The notes below the pieces were generated by a model, which was not told the DNA's origin, searched no databases, and was given only the letters and a program-made list of their open reading frames with translations. A stretch of 64,000 nt of DNA from NCBI GenBank assembly GCA_013239625.1, contig MU053934.1:899285-963284 (forward strand). Reading direction: 5' to 3'. A program made the position numbers and the translations under genes. Positions 52,060 to 64,000 of this stretch are shown piece after piece; the first letter of the stretch is position 1; each line of letters starts with the position of its first letter. The stretch comes from Lama guanicoe (taxonomy: Eukaryota).

Positions 52060-52320
52060 GAGAGAAGTACCTACCATTTCCAGGACTGTGCTGATTCGTA
52101 AGGGCAGGCTGAACTGCTTTACCTCTACTGACTCATTTCATCCTCGTTTAAGACTCAAAGCGATTATCTTTGCAGGATGGGCATTAGTGTTCCTATTTTG
52201 TGGATGAGAAAACTAAGGGTGTATATAAGTTGTTCAAGGCCACAGAAACAGCAGCTGACAGAGTTCACGTTCAAACTAAATCTGCACGCTCTAAGCCCTT
52301 GTTATCTCAGTAGCCACGAG
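52060..52320 (-). mobile_element. MIR SINE
   Basis: cctattttgtggatgagaaaactaaggg...ttgttcaaggccacag. Confidence 0.65.
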
Positions 52321-52609
52321 GATTGCGTTATCATGATACTAAAGTCAGGGAAATGGTAATGTGAACTTGAGGGTGAGGTGTCAGTGGATGACAAAGAGAA
52401 ATCCATACAGCTCCCATTCCGTTTTTGCTTCTGCCTCGGCTGTCACATTGTTTGCTAGAAACCACATACTAAGAAGAAAAAAAAAATGAATCCCCAAAAT
52501 GCTTGAACTCAAGATTTTTATCTATTAAATCTAAATAGATTTTTCTCTCGCATGTGCATGAAAATGTGCGAAAACAATCAGTATAGAGAAAACTGGTCAA
52601 TGTGTTTTT

Positions 52610-52870
52610 AAGCTGCAGTTTGCTTAGTGGTTAAGAAGGCAGGTTTTGGGATCTAGATCTGAATTCCAACTGTGACTCCACTGCTTCCCAGCCCTGTGAA
52701 CTTGGAAGGGTCCTTTCATTTCTCTGAGCCCCAGCGTCCTGAGTGCATAAATGTATAATTGTATCTGCCTTGCAAGGTCAGTGTACAGATTCAAGTTTGA
52801 AAAAAGACACGTAACATAGTAACACGCACTATGGACCACGGGAAATGCTCAATATGAGCTATTACTGTTT
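52610..52870 (+). mobile_element. MIR SINE, near full length
   Basis: tagtggttaagaaggcaggttttggg...ctgtgaacttggaaggg...tctctgagcccc...atgctcaatatgagctatta. Confidence 0.75.
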
Positions 52871-52949
52871 TGTTACATTCAAGATGCATGTTCATAACCA
52901 CAACAGGCAAAAGAAGGTCTTAGGAAATATTAATTTAAAAATCGAGATT

Positions 52950-53160
52950 CAAAATTGCATTCATAGAATGATTGAAATTATGCAAACATTGAGAACGAAA
53001 AGAGAAAGAAAAAGACTGCACAGAAAAAGACTGTAGGGGAATGTATCAAAATTATTTAAGAGGTTGCCTCTCATTCTTTCGTATTTTTAAATCTTCTGTG
53101 ACCAGCATGTAATATTTTATTAATGGGAAGTTTTAACTTTATACAACTTTAAAAACTGTA
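52950..53160 (+). mobile_element. L1ME-like 3' end fragment
   Basis: gaaaaagactgtaggggaatgtatcaaaattatttaagaggttgcctc...agcatgtaatattttattaat. Confidence 0.55.
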
Positions 53161-54164
53161 TGCTAATGTTACCTTCATCCTTAAAGGAAATGAATAGAAA
53201 TATCTGGAAAAGTTTTCACCAGCAAAATGTCAGTTTGGCTAAGTGTAAGCAAATTTGCCCGACAAACACTTCAGTGTGTATTTCAGGCTTCTGAGGTCAC
53301 CCTTAAGTGAGGTGGGGGAACGACTGGAGCTTGGTCCCCAGGACAGCACTTCCCAAGTTGTCTGGAAGGCTGGGAAATGCAAATTCACCTTCATGCTCAG
53401 TCCCCTGTGACTGAACTAAGAAATCTCTGGACGCTAAAGGAGGCTGGGTGGGTGCCACATCCTTGTTCTGACACGGCTGAGTCTGGAGGAAGCAGAGCTC
53501 CCTGAGCTGGTACAGTTCTGCTTTATCAGCACCGATGGCTCCGGCAGCCATTAATTAGACTGAGATTAGCTTAAGTACAGTAGTTCGTTAATTGCGAGTT
53601 TGACACAGAGCTCCCTGTGTCGCAGCATGCAGCCTGGGAGCCGAGCCAGAGCAGCGGGAAGATTTCCAGGCACGTTGCGAATGCATCAGGTGGAAATGAA
53701 TGTACAGCCAGGCTGCAGAGGATGAGGGGGCTCTAGTGTAGCTTGACTGGAATCCCGAAAGGCTTCTTGAGAGAGTCTGGGTTGGTTGTTCAGAAAGACT
53801 TGTTGGAGGTGGTGATGCCAGACAAGAATTCTGAACATTGAGTAGGAAAGAGCCCGGTAGATGGTTTAGGAGACTTTGGCGATGCTAAGGATCAGTCTGA
53901 GACTTGGGTGCAGAAAAGGCATTTGGGAAACAGGTAGGTCAGAAGATCAGGTATGGATATGGTGGGGGAGATATTGAGGAGAGTTGGGAGGGTGAGAAAG
54001 GTATAAGAAAGTAAATAAAGAGGAGGCTAGATATGCAAAGAGGGAAGATTAAGAAAGGGAAGAGAATAATGCAGTAAGTCCTCTAGGGACAGTCAAGGGA
54101 AAGAGGTCTCTGCTGGAAGGGAAGGAAAGGACAGGAAGCCACCCCAGAATTGAAAACATTCACT

Positions 54165-54640
54165 CATCCATCCGTCCATCCATCCATCCAACCATCCATT
54201 CATTATTTTGTTCATTTTTTTACTAAAAGAAATTAGAATCTACCTTGTGCCTAGCACTGTCCTGTCACAGTTAAACAAGGAAGGGCGAGACAGGTTCGAA
54301 ATGGATTATTTACAACACACTGTGATCAGAGCTGTAATAGAATTTTGTATCAGGTGATAGAGAAGCAAGGAGGAAAGAGGCAGTTGGGGGAGTTAGGAAA
54401 GATTTCCCAGGGGGAGGGCATTTAAATAGGGTTTGAAAGGGTGAGTTGGAGATTAATGGGGACAAAAGGAAGGATATCTCAAACAAAGAGGGAAGCAAGG
54501 CAGCTTGTGTTTGGAGAATGAGGAACAACCACAAGTAGAAGGAAGATGGATGGAGGAACAAGAGAAAGTAAAGGTGCAGTTGAGATGGAGAGAGATTGGG
54601 TTCCTGAGCTAGGAATTGGAAAATAATTCTGTAGACCAGT
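54165..54640 (-). mobile_element. L2 3' fragment with (CCAT)n tail
   Basis: catccatccgtccatccatcc...taccttgtgcctagcactgt...aggaaagatttcccagggggagggcatttaaatagggtttgaa. Confidence 0.7.
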
Positions 54641-55189
54641 GGTCTCTGTGCTCTTTTGATCATGCTTATCATTAGTTCATAATATCGAGTATTCCTCCAA
54701 TACCCATTCATTCATTCATTCAATGAAACATTACTTAACATCTGTTACAGACCATGCTGCTTCTCATAATTATAGACCAGTTTAACTCTCCCATATATTG
54801 TGTATAGAGAATCCTTTACCTTTTTGCCACATTTTCATACTTTATATATCCAAAAATATATATGTTCACATGTCTGCAAAATATATAAATTATATCTATA
54901 TAATTTTTGAGAACTTCTTCTGTACTGTAGATCCAATTATTTGTATGTTTTCTTCCATCTAACAGAGCTTAAAAACCACACCCTAACTTCATTTCCTGTC
55001 CAGTCAGGAACCTCTGCTTATTTTTAACCCCTTTCTCCTAGGTTTTTTGTTGGTATTTGATTTGGTCATCTCTGCTTCATGGCCCTGATAGAATGAGTTT
55101 TGTGTCTATATGCAGTGATCTTATGACCTGATAAAATGCTCTTTGCCACCCCCCACAGACTAGATACTTTTTAGAAGTTAAGACAATAT

Positions 55190-56075
55190 AATGGTTACTG
55201 AATCCTTATTTGAGCCAGACATTACCCCTAGTGTTTTGCACGTTCGGACTCCGTTCATCTTTACAGCAGCCCCCGTGAAGATTACATTGTTACTGCCGTG
55301 ACACAGGTGGGCAAGTTGAGACACAGGAAGACTGAGCTACTGCCCCAAGCTGCTTATCACACAGTGGTAACTGGCAGAACCAGGTTTTGAATTCATTAAG
55401 TTTGGTTCCAGAGCTCACACCTTTGATCAGTGCATCTTATATCATGCACCATGATGATCACAAGTAGCAAGCACCAAGAGTTTACCAAGTGCATAAAGTG
55501 CAGTAGCTCGGTGAGCTCTAGTGACTTCCTGGCAGGAGAGGCACTGGTATTATTGCTTACTTCACAGATGAGGAAACTCAAGCTTCAAGACCTTAACAAG
55601 CTTGCTGTAAGTCATATAGCAGGTGACTGGTTGGGTCGGACTTAGAAGTCAGGTAACTTTAGCCAAAGTCCATGCACATAGCCTCTTGGCTACACCGCCT
55701 CTGACAACAGGGGAGGCATTTACTTTTAGCTGTGTTTCTTGCGGAGTGTGCTGTCATGATGCTTGGGGTCTGATCAAAGGTAAACCACTTACTACCATTA
55801 GTCGTTAAGGAGAGAGGGAGCTTGACTCCAACAAGCACTGAACATTACCAGATGCCAAGCTCCAAGCTGGTATTTTATTGAACATTATTTTACTGAATCT
55901 CCCTGACGACCGTCTGAAGGAGATGTAATTATTATCTAGTTTTCACGTGGGGAATCATCCATGTCAGTGGGCTGGTTGGGAGACATGACATGGCTTCTCT
56001 AGGGTCATAGAGTTGATAAGAGGAAGGGCCCTGATTGAGACCTAGTTTTACCTAAATCCAAAGCCCATTATCCCT
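55190..56075 (-). mobile_element. Three successive MIR copies
   Basis: Cores at ~55300 (acaggtgggcaagttgagacacag), ~55565 (ttcacagatgaggaaactcaagct) and ~55930-56070. Confidence 0.7.
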
Positions 56076-56519
56076 TGAAGCTGCTGGGAGCAGCCCCTGG
56101 GTTGTTCCCTCCTCCTACACCTGAGAAGAGAACGGAAGACTACTGTTGTCACACTTGCGTTTATCTGTCCCTGAGCTGCCCAGGCGCCCAGAGAAGGACC
56201 CTGCCAGTCATGTCTATACTCCAGGTGACAGGGTCCCTCTCCTGTGCTTGGCAGCTGCGCTCTCCTCAGGAAGAAGGGTTTGCTTCCAGAAGGAGGATTT
56301 ACAGCCTCAGCTTCATCAGCCTGGCTCCAAGATGCAGCTCCCTAGCCCAGCCGCCTCTTCCCCATCCGTCTTCCTCAAGGTGAACAAAGCTTGTAAATTC
56401 ACACTGCTTATGATTAAGCTTTAGGAACCAGTCCCTCCCCTCCATCACTGCCAGACACACACACACCCCTACTCATATCTATTAACTACAGCTATGGAAA
56501 GCACAAGGTTTTTGCACCA

Positions 56520-56790
56520 TACTGTAATGGTCAAAGCTGTGGATTCTGCAACCAGACTACCTGAGTTCAAATACTGTCCTTGACATCTACTAGCTATGTG
56601 ATCTTAGGCCACCTTTCTGTGCCTCAATTATTTTTTTTACAGGTAAAATAGAGAAACAGATATTTAATAGCACCAGTCTCATAATGTTGTTCTGAGGGTC
56701 AAATTACTACATGTAAGGAACTTAAGAAGCTTCTTGTAGCATATTAAATGCTCAGTAAATGTTAACTATTTTGTCATCACATCCTCATCA
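56520..56790 (+). mobile_element. MIR SINE, near full length
   Basis: ccagactacctgagttcaaatactg...ctagctatgtgatcttagg...aatgctcagtaaatgttaactatt. Confidence 0.8.
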
Positions 56791-56819
56791 TTGTCATCAC
56801 ATCATGCGTTGCTTCTCAG

Positions 56820-57620
56820 TAGGTCTGTTTCTTAGCTAGAAGCCAGGGATACCGTCCTGGAAGGTGATCTCACCACAGGGAGGCTGTATTTCCCACAGCC
56901 CTGTATCAGCTGGCTTCTGGCTGGGTGTGGCCAGTAGGAGCTATGGGTGAAGGACTGGAGAGCAGAAGGAAAGGAGAAGCTGGGTGTATCCATCAGTTAT
57001 GGCCATGAAATCGCAACACACAGTGGCATACTATGATGAGCATTTGTTTCAAGCTCCTTTGTCCATGGATTTGTTGGGGTAGCTCTGCTTGGAGCTGTGG
57101 TGGCTGAGGGAACTATTCTCTGTGCTTCAATTCTGCACATTATCTGAGGCATCCTGCCTCCATGCTCTACTCCACATGTCTCTTACTCTTCAGGGACCAG
57201 TTAGCTACTCGGGGCATGTTCTTCGAGTGCAAGTGAGCAAGTCCAACCGTGAAAGCATATTTGAAGCTTCTGCCTGTGTCATTTTTGCCAGTATCTCTTG
57301 GCCAACGCAAGTTATAGAGTGGGAAAATTTACTTTTCCCGTGGTGGTGGGGCAGGCAGTAAATATTTTTGAATATTAAGTAATCTATCAAACCAGAGTAT
57401 TTCTTCCTTCACTCTCTGCCTTGTCTCCACTTGAAACTATATCTCCTTAATGACTTCAGCTTCCACTCACAAGCATGTTTTGTTTCCAGCTTCTGCTGAT
57501 GACTCTGATCCTTGGGTCCTGGTGATACTGACACCTTCTCTTTCTTCCTCCAGTCCAGCGTTGGTAGCAACTGTCTGCTTTTTCCAGTTTCTACTCTCTC
57601 TCACTGTATCCTATTTAAAC
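56820..57620 (+). mobile_element. LTR33-like (ERVL) LTR interrupted by MLT1
   Basis: ctgtatttccca...agctggcttctggctgggtgtggccagtaggag...ggagaag on the left continues as ccagagtatttcttcc...ctctctgcc on the right. Confidence 0.55.
56985..57390 (-). mobile_element. MLT1 (MLT1H/I-like) solo LTR
   Basis: ccacatgtctctt...gggcatgttctt...gaaagcatatttgaagcttctgcctgtgtca...ttggccaacgcaagtta...aatatttttgaa...aatctatca. Confidence 0.65.
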
Positions 57621-57789
57621 ATTTTTTACTTTTTTCATTTATTATAATGAAAGCTCACACAAATTTCACGAAGTATTAAATCATATACAAGGAATGTTAA
57701 TCTCCCTCTCATTCCAACTCCCAGCCCTTTTCCTCAGAGTTCACACAGTCAGCCGTTCTTTGCATGTCACCCAGAAATTTTCCCAGCAA

Positions 57790-58040
57790 CTTTTATAATT
57801 TAAAACTCATTGCATCTCTATGAGGGAGGGGTTCTTATTTCCAGTTTACAGATGAGGAAAGGGGTCAGTGGTGCATATTTGGGAAAGTTGCTGAATCTTT
57901 CTGAATCTGCATGTCCTTGTGAAAAATATAAATTATAATAGTAACAAGGTCTAAGGTCAGTATACAAGAGACAATGCACATGGAAAGCTTAGCAATGTGT
58001 ATCGAATATTGTTAATGTTTGGTAAGTAATAATAATAATG
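57790..58040. mobile_element. Two adjacent MIR fragments in opposite orientation
   Basis: ccagtttacagatgaggaaa (-), then gggaaagttgctgaatctttctgaatctgc...tgtgaaaa (+). Confidence 0.6.
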
Positions 58041-58110
58041 ATAATATTACTATAGCAGTAGTTGTTATTATTTATTATCTATTATTATCTATTATTATTA
58101 TTATTATTAT
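58027..58110. repeat. (TAA)n/(TAT)n low-complexity repeat
   Basis: Direct observation. Confidence 0.85.
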
Positions 58111-58436
58111 TTCTCAAGGTTATTCAGAGATTTAGTGACAGAGCTGGTCCCAGAACATATTTTTGCATTTACGTATAAACAGTAGCCATACACATAGGTA
58201 AGGGTTGTGACTTCTGAGAAAAAAGGTTCTAAAGGCTTCTTCACTCTCCCAGACCACTGAAGAAGGCATGAAATAACTGTGATCAACCTTTTTGTTATCA
58301 GAATACATCGGCCTTGTCTTGGCTTGGTCAGGTCCATCTTCAAAAAAATCAGACAATAACTCCTCTTTCAAAAAGCCTCCCCTGGTAACTCCATTCCTTC
58401 AAGCTCTTCTTGTCAGTGTGTATTAGCCAGCGTGCG

Positions 58437-58610
58437 TGTGGTTAGCAAACTTGAACGGAAGTAAGAATTCTTGGGTATCTTGTAAAAATGCAGATCCTTG
58501 GGAATTTCCCCAGTCTATTGAATCTTAAGATTCCCAGGTAGGGCCCAAGGTTAACATGTTTAGCAAGCACACTGGGTGATCTGCTGCAGGGATTTAAGGA
58601 CACAGTCTAA
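58437..58610 (+). mobile_element. MER5A/B-like hAT MITE
   Basis: gtggttagcaaacttg...cttgtaaaaatgcagatcc...gtagggcccaagg...tttagcaagcacactgggtgat. Confidence 0.65.
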
Positions 58611-58635
58611 CAAAGAAGCCCCAGTCTGGCCCATG

Positions 58636-58890
58636 TTCATTCAGTCATTCAGGAAACATTGACGGAGGGCCAGTTGCATTCTGGGCATTAAGAGAGACAG
58701 TGGAGATGGAGATACAAGCAAGGCAAAATCTATGTCCTCAGAGACTTTGGGTCTGGGGTAGGGGAGACATGGGGACATAATAGTAAAAAGATAGTTTCTA
58801 ATAGACAGCAGTAAGTGCCATGACAGGCAGGCACAGATGTCTGTGTATGCACAGACTTTGGAACACAGGGATCAGGAGAAGGTTTGGCTG
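58636..58890 (-). mobile_element. L2 3' fragment
   Basis: ttcattcagtcattcaggaaacattgacggagggcc...acaagcaaggcaaaatctatgtcctcagaga. Confidence 0.65.
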
Positions 58891-59329
58891 TTGCTTATGC
58901 AAAGCTCTTACACATAATTAGTAATCCTAAACTTTGTGGAGCAGGTGTCAATACAAATCAAAGTGGTTAGAGCAGAGAGGAGCTCATGTCTGAGACAGAA
59001 TGCCTCTGTGACATTCATAGTGTTTCCTCACCTACTGTGGTCATCTGGTATATTAACCGCTGTTGCTACTGGCTTAATTTCAGTTTACATTTGGGAAATG
59101 GGGCTACTAAGAACATTTAAACTATGGAAGGTACTGAGTAAAACACACTTACAAACATACACACATACACTATAAGTTGACATCAAAGATACTCTACATT
59201 TGGAAAGCAGTTTTCTTTTTAAAAACAGGACACTACAAGGTTAAAGACAAAAAGAACTGTGCATAAGTACTGTATTCTCATAAGGTATGCAATACAATTC
59301 TGTTACTGCATGTATATTTTTGTTTCACA

Positions 59330-59945
59330 AAAAGTGAATAGTAGTTCATGAGATCCAGGTATCTTTTCAGAGAAAAAAATTACAAGTAAGGAAAGAAGAA
59401 AAGCTAGAATGAACTTAGTGGCATTGGATTGAAATTTGGGATATCAGTATGATATTATGATTCTAAAATATATACAGATAGATACATAGATAAATAAGTT
59501 AGACACATATTATGTATGTTTATATTTCCTAGCTCTGGCCACTGAGATAACTTACGCAATGTCAGTGACCTCAAACTAATCATGAGGAAGTATCAGACAG
59601 ACCCAAATTGATAGATAATCTACAAAATAACTGATCAGCACTTATCAAAAATATCAAAGTCATGAAAAACAAGGAAAGCCTGAGGAAATGTCACGGACTC
59701 AGAGACACAAAGAAAATATGACTAATAAAGAATAGAATGTGAAATTCTAGATTAGCCTCTGGAACAGGAAAAGGACTTTAGGGAAAAGCTGATCAGACTT
59801 GAATAACTTATAAGGTTAATTTCCTGATTTTGGTAATTGACCTATGGTTAAGTTGTCAACATCAGAAATGTACTCAGTGCTATTTTTGTAACCTTTCTGT
59901 AAGTCTGAAATTATTTAAAAATCTAGAAGTTTTTAAAAATGAAAA
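59330..59945 (+). mobile_element. L1MC4/5-like 3' UTR
   Basis: ctaatcatgaggaagtatcagacagacccaaattga...tctacaaaataactg...tcaaagtcatgaaaaacaaggaaagcctgaggaaatgtcac...ctgtaagtctgaaattattt. Confidence 0.8.
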
Positions 59946-61054
59946 CAATACTTAATTTGGCTGCTTCCTTCACAGTGCCAAGCATGCAATACAAATTTCA
60001 TATATGCTAGTAGAATTGTTTTGCCACTGTATGCTTGATCTGTCAGTTTCCCCCACTTGGGGTGCTATTCTCTCATCCCCACATTTCTTGGTTCATTTTA
60101 TGATGTTCTGTGTGGCCATTAATTATTGATGTTGCTGTGAACTGCTGGTCAGTGCCACGAGCATTCTAGAGAAAGAAGAACTAGGGAAGAAACAAAGGTA
60201 GATTTGGGAATTAAGAGACCACTACAGTGCACTGCAAGTGTTGTAGAGGGCTTGGGGAGCAGATCCCCGGCTCCAGCATCTTATAGACATATGTACTACT
60301 CTGCACTCCCCAGGTAGAGGGCAGCAGACAACTGAGAATGATGCATAGGAGGCTCTTTGGAGTTGGGCAGCAGACAAGCTCCCAGGAGCTGTCCATGGTC
60401 CTGAGATAGATGTCCTCCAGTACCCAACCTCAGGCATAGCTGTAGGGGATCTTAGATTCTGCCATGTGTCGGCAGTAACTGAACATGATCTTTGGGGTAC
60501 CAAGCCCATGGGGACTGTGTGTGTGTTTTCTTATTTGTAAAACCAGGCTCCAAAGAACTTTATCACTGAGGAAGGGAGAGCTGGCTCACTCCAGAGACTT
60601 GGACCTGGAGTGAATTGACCCTATATGTAGTCAACACTTTCTCTACAACAGTTTTCTTGAAGTGTAATTCCAAGTACTATACCTACAACATAATTTTCCA
60701 GGGCTTGTAAAATATAATTTTAAAGCATTAACTGCTAAATCAGAATCTAAGGCAAATGTTGGGGGGGAGAGAAAGGGGAGTGATGAATAAAAATATTTAT
60801 TCAAAAAAAGCTTCATTGGTGATTCATATTCACCCTGAAGCAAAAAATAATTTTATATCCAATGTGAAATGGTAGAAATATTTGGGGGGATGGGGAAATC
60901 ACTAGAACTACTAGTCACATTTGTGTCTCTTTCTTTTCTTTAAAGTTTTCCTTTTTGTAATATGCATTAAAATTTGCATAATATTTCACTACGTGAATAT
61001 GCATTAGTTCGTTTAAGTATGTGACTATAATTCATAAATAAATATACATGTATT

Positions 61055-61230
61055 TATTCACAGGTTTATTATTTTGTTCAACAACTACTTATTGAGCACT
61101 CACTGTGCCCCAGGCACTGTTCTGGTCTGTTCAGATACAGTGGTGAATAAGGCAAACTCTTCGTCCTCATGGAGTTTATATTTTGCTCATGGAAAGTGAA
61201 AAAGAGACAAGGACAGTTATACTGGTGATG
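61055..61230 (-). mobile_element. L2 3' tail
   Basis: tacttattgagcactcactgtgccccaggcactgttct...atacagtggtgaataagg...cctcatggagtttatatt. Confidence 0.75.
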
Positions 61231-62319
61231 CATGCTCAACATTTTTTAAAAAACTTATGGAGTAATTAAATTTACAAAGTTTAAAAACTATTCATTTAGG
61301 TTTTCTAAGTATCATAATCAAGTCCATCCCATTCTATACAAACCCAGCATGTGTCTTGGCAGTCAGACTGGACATGCTCTTGTCCTTTCTGATGGTGCTG
61401 TCCCCCAGAACCTGACTGGTCACAAGAGGAATGGTCCATTTCAACATTCTGGTCTCTGCCCCATCTTGCTATTAGTTCTCAGGAACTCTCTTTTGGCTCC
61501 ATTTTCCTTAGGAAAACAGACAGTGTGGAGTCCCTGTTGTTATGCTGCTGTGACAACAAATGAGTGTGTATTTTTCTAGCACCACCTCCTTCTTCTGTGG
61601 AAGGAACTGAAAAAATGCAAAGTGATTTCCATCCCCAATATGCATACTTTTTCTTAAATCAAAAATGCTGTTTTGTACTCGTCTGGTGCCCTCTTCCCGA
61701 GAAGAAGAATTTATTATTACATTGGCAGCTCCCTCAAACACTGAATAAAAGAATAAACGAGAACCGCTTGTGCTACACCGTCTTATTGGAGGCCTCTCAG
61801 TATAATGTGTGAGCTCCAGCGTGTCACTGTATTTTACAGTAACACTGATGTTTTCACCAGGGGCTTTGAGTCAGGCAAACAGAATTCATATTTCAACCCA
61901 AACTCAAATTTGTATAGCGCAGATGATAACATCGCATCTTTCAAAGCTGCCTCCCCTCTTGAGATCCTTTACATTCAGTTCAAATTCTCCTGCTCCCTAT
62001 ACAAAAGTATGTTGTGTAATTAGTGTAAGCAGGTCCTAAAGCCCATTGAAACTGCTGACTTTTGTAGGCTCAGTAGGCAGAGTGATGTCGCATCCAAGTA
62101 CTGACAAAGCAGATTGGTCATTTATTGTCACCTCTCCACCACTCAGGCAGCAAAAGCATTCCCAAGTCAGGGGAGTACAGATGGTCCAACAATTTGGCTT
62201 GGAGATAGTATATCCTGTTGCTAAGAAATGATGTTGAGACAGTGACGCTGCAGATCTAGGGTAAGAAGCAAAGAGAGATAATTTATGTACATAGAGACAG
62301 ATCCCTAGACAGAGACCAT

Positions 62320-62600
62320 CGATTCACTCATGCAACCATTGTTTATTGAGCATCTCCCTTCTAGTAGGCACTAGGTTTAAATCAATAAGCAGCAAAACTT
62401 CAGACCCACATCTCATCAAGCTGGTAGCCTGCAGGAAACACAGACCATGAAGTACAGGAGAAAATGTACTGCATGCTGCAATATAAAAAGCATGGTGCAG
62501 CTGGGGAAATAGCTGAAGGCATCATACCTCATTCATGCGTCTTAGGAAAGACTCCCTGAAGATAATATTTACACCAAAATTCAAGAATGAGTAGCAGGAT
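62320..62600 (-). mobile_element. L2 3' fragment
   Basis: attcactcatgcaaccattgtttattgagcatct...ggaaagactccctgaagataatattt. Confidence 0.6.
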
Positions 62601-62636
62601 TAGGGTTCTAACAGGTACCTTGACCCCCATTTCTTT

Positions 62637-62811
62637 TTTTTAACATTTTTTATCGAGTTATAATCATTTTACAATGTTGTGTCAAATTCCACAGTAGAGC
62701 ACAATTTTTCAGTTATACATGAACATATAGATAAACAAGATTATACTGTATAGCACAGGGAAATATATACAAGATCTTATGGTAGCTCACAGAGAAAAAA
62801 ATGTGACAATG
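62637..62811 (-). mobile_element. Short young L1 insertion with 5' inversion (camelid-like L1 3' UTR)
   Basis: Poly-T plus antisense 3' end (to ~62729) joined to a sense-oriented upstream 3'-UTR segment (gataaacaagattatactgtatagcacaggg...tgtgacaatg); flanked by CATTTCTTT at 62628-62636 and 62816-62824. Confidence 0.8.
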
Positions 62812-63049
62812 GGCTCATTTCTTTATTTCAGTTATTTCAGCATTTAAAAATGCTGCTATGTTCCAAGTCCTGTAACCCAGTAGCCTCCCTGGCTACTGAG
62901 TTTAGAAACATAGAATGAAGTGTGGGGATGAATGCGCAGAGAGATGGTATGAGCAAAGTGCTGTGGAGAGGGCCACAGAGAAGTGAAGAGCCACTTCTCC
63001 TGGAAGAGGTCATTGAGAAGATTGAGGATTGAGAGAAAAGTAGGAATTT

Positions 63050-63570
63050 TCCCAGTGAAGAAGGTTTTAAAAAGTTGATTTTAGGCCTAGTGCGCACAGA
63101 GGTATGAAGCAGTGAGAAATCCAGGAATGTCCAGAGGACTGTGAGAAGTGCTGTTTGAGTGGGAGGGACACAAGGGTGTGTGATGGAGATGAGTCTGGAG
63201 TGGTCCGTGGGGGCCAGATGAAATATGCCAAAAGGAACACAAGAATACAGAGAAGTGTTCTTTCAGGCAAAGTGGAATTTACAAAGGATTTGATGCAGAA
63301 GAATGCCACAGTCAGATTTGCAGTTCAGAAATACCATTGGAGTTATTTTTCTAGGAGAAGAGCAAGAGACACGCACTGCAGTCTGCAGCTGTTATATCGG
63401 TTCAGGTGATGGGTGATGAAGGCCAGAATTAAGGCAGTCTTGATAGGCAGAAGGGAAATGTTTAAAAGTTTTCTGAGGGTATATTTCCAGGTTTGGGTGT
63501 CTGGTTAAATGTTAAGATAAGGGGGAAAAAAGAAGACAAGAATGATTGACACTTTATGCTCAAGGCTCAA
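63050..63570 (-). mobile_element. L2 fragment
   Basis: ggagatgagtctggagtggtccgtggggccagat...aaggatttgatgcagaagaatgccacagtcagatttgcagttcagaaa. Confidence 0.7.
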
Positions 63571-63681
63571 GGATTCTCCACTCTGCTGTATACTAGAAAC
63601 ACCTGGGAAGTTTTGAAAAACTAAGCAAGCCTGGGCCTAAGAGCAAAACAGTTGAAATCTCTAGGGTACAGTCTAGGCGAC
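63570..63681 (+). mobile_element. MER5A-like 5' fragment
   Basis: ggattctccactctgctgtatactagaaacacctgggaagttttgaaaa...gcctgggcc. Confidence 0.5.
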
Positions 63682-64000
63682 TTTATTTTATTTATTTTTT
63701 AATTGAAGGGTAATGAGTTACATTTTGTTGTATTATTTTCACTTCACATAGTGATTCAATACCTTTGCACATTACAAAACGATCACCACCTGTCATCAAA
63801 GTTATTACAATAATATTTACTATATTCCCTGTGTTGCGCATTATATACCGAGGAATTGTTTATTTTATAACTGGAAGTGTGTACCTCTCAGTCTCCCTTC
63901 CCTATTTAGCACTTTCGTTTTCTTTGGGGAAAAACTCAGAAATGGAATTGCTGAATCCTATGGTTCTTCTATTTTTAATTTTGGGGGGAACCTACATACT
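63682..64000 (-). mobile_element. L1 (L1MA/laurasiatherian-type) 3' end, runs off the window
   Basis: tttatttatttattttttaattgaag...ttattttataactggaagtgtgtacctct...ggaattgctgaatcctatggttcttctatttttaatttt. Confidence 0.85.

Noticed and set aside
52060..52870. Inverted MIR pair as a dsRNA-forming structure
   Set aside because: The copies are independently and heavily diverged, so stable pairing is unlikely; such pairs are expected at this MIR density.

Overview
This window is mammalian, repeat-rich, non-coding DNA (an intron or intergenic region). I could not recognise any intact protein-coding gene, RNA gene, CpG island or CRISPR array. The ORFs in the track are explained by microsatellites, transposon remnants or chance. 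The sequence is dominated by old eutherian repeats: many MIRs, L2, L1M/HAL1 fragments, MER5A, MER8, MER82, MER91, MER102, a Tigger transposase fossil, and MLT1/MLT2/LTR16/LTR33/MER31 LTRs. Younger insertions are three solo ERV1-type LTRs with 4-bp target-site duplications (TSDs) and a short 5'-inverted (twin-primed) L1. That L1's 3' UTR resembles camelid L1, and I recognised no Alu, B1, Bov-A, CHR, PRE-1 or SINEC copies, so a camelid genome is a tentative inference. The best leads are transposon structures (twin-primed L1, tandem MER5A, duplicated MER82 end, a possible ancient LINE RT fossil), one unexplained coding-like fragment (~47.8-48.1 kb) and several repeat-free islands with homeodomain, PBX/MEIS or IRF motifs. 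I found no support for a novel biological system. Repeat family names come from recalled consensus sequences, and boundaries without a TSD or terminal inverted repeat (TIR) are approximate.
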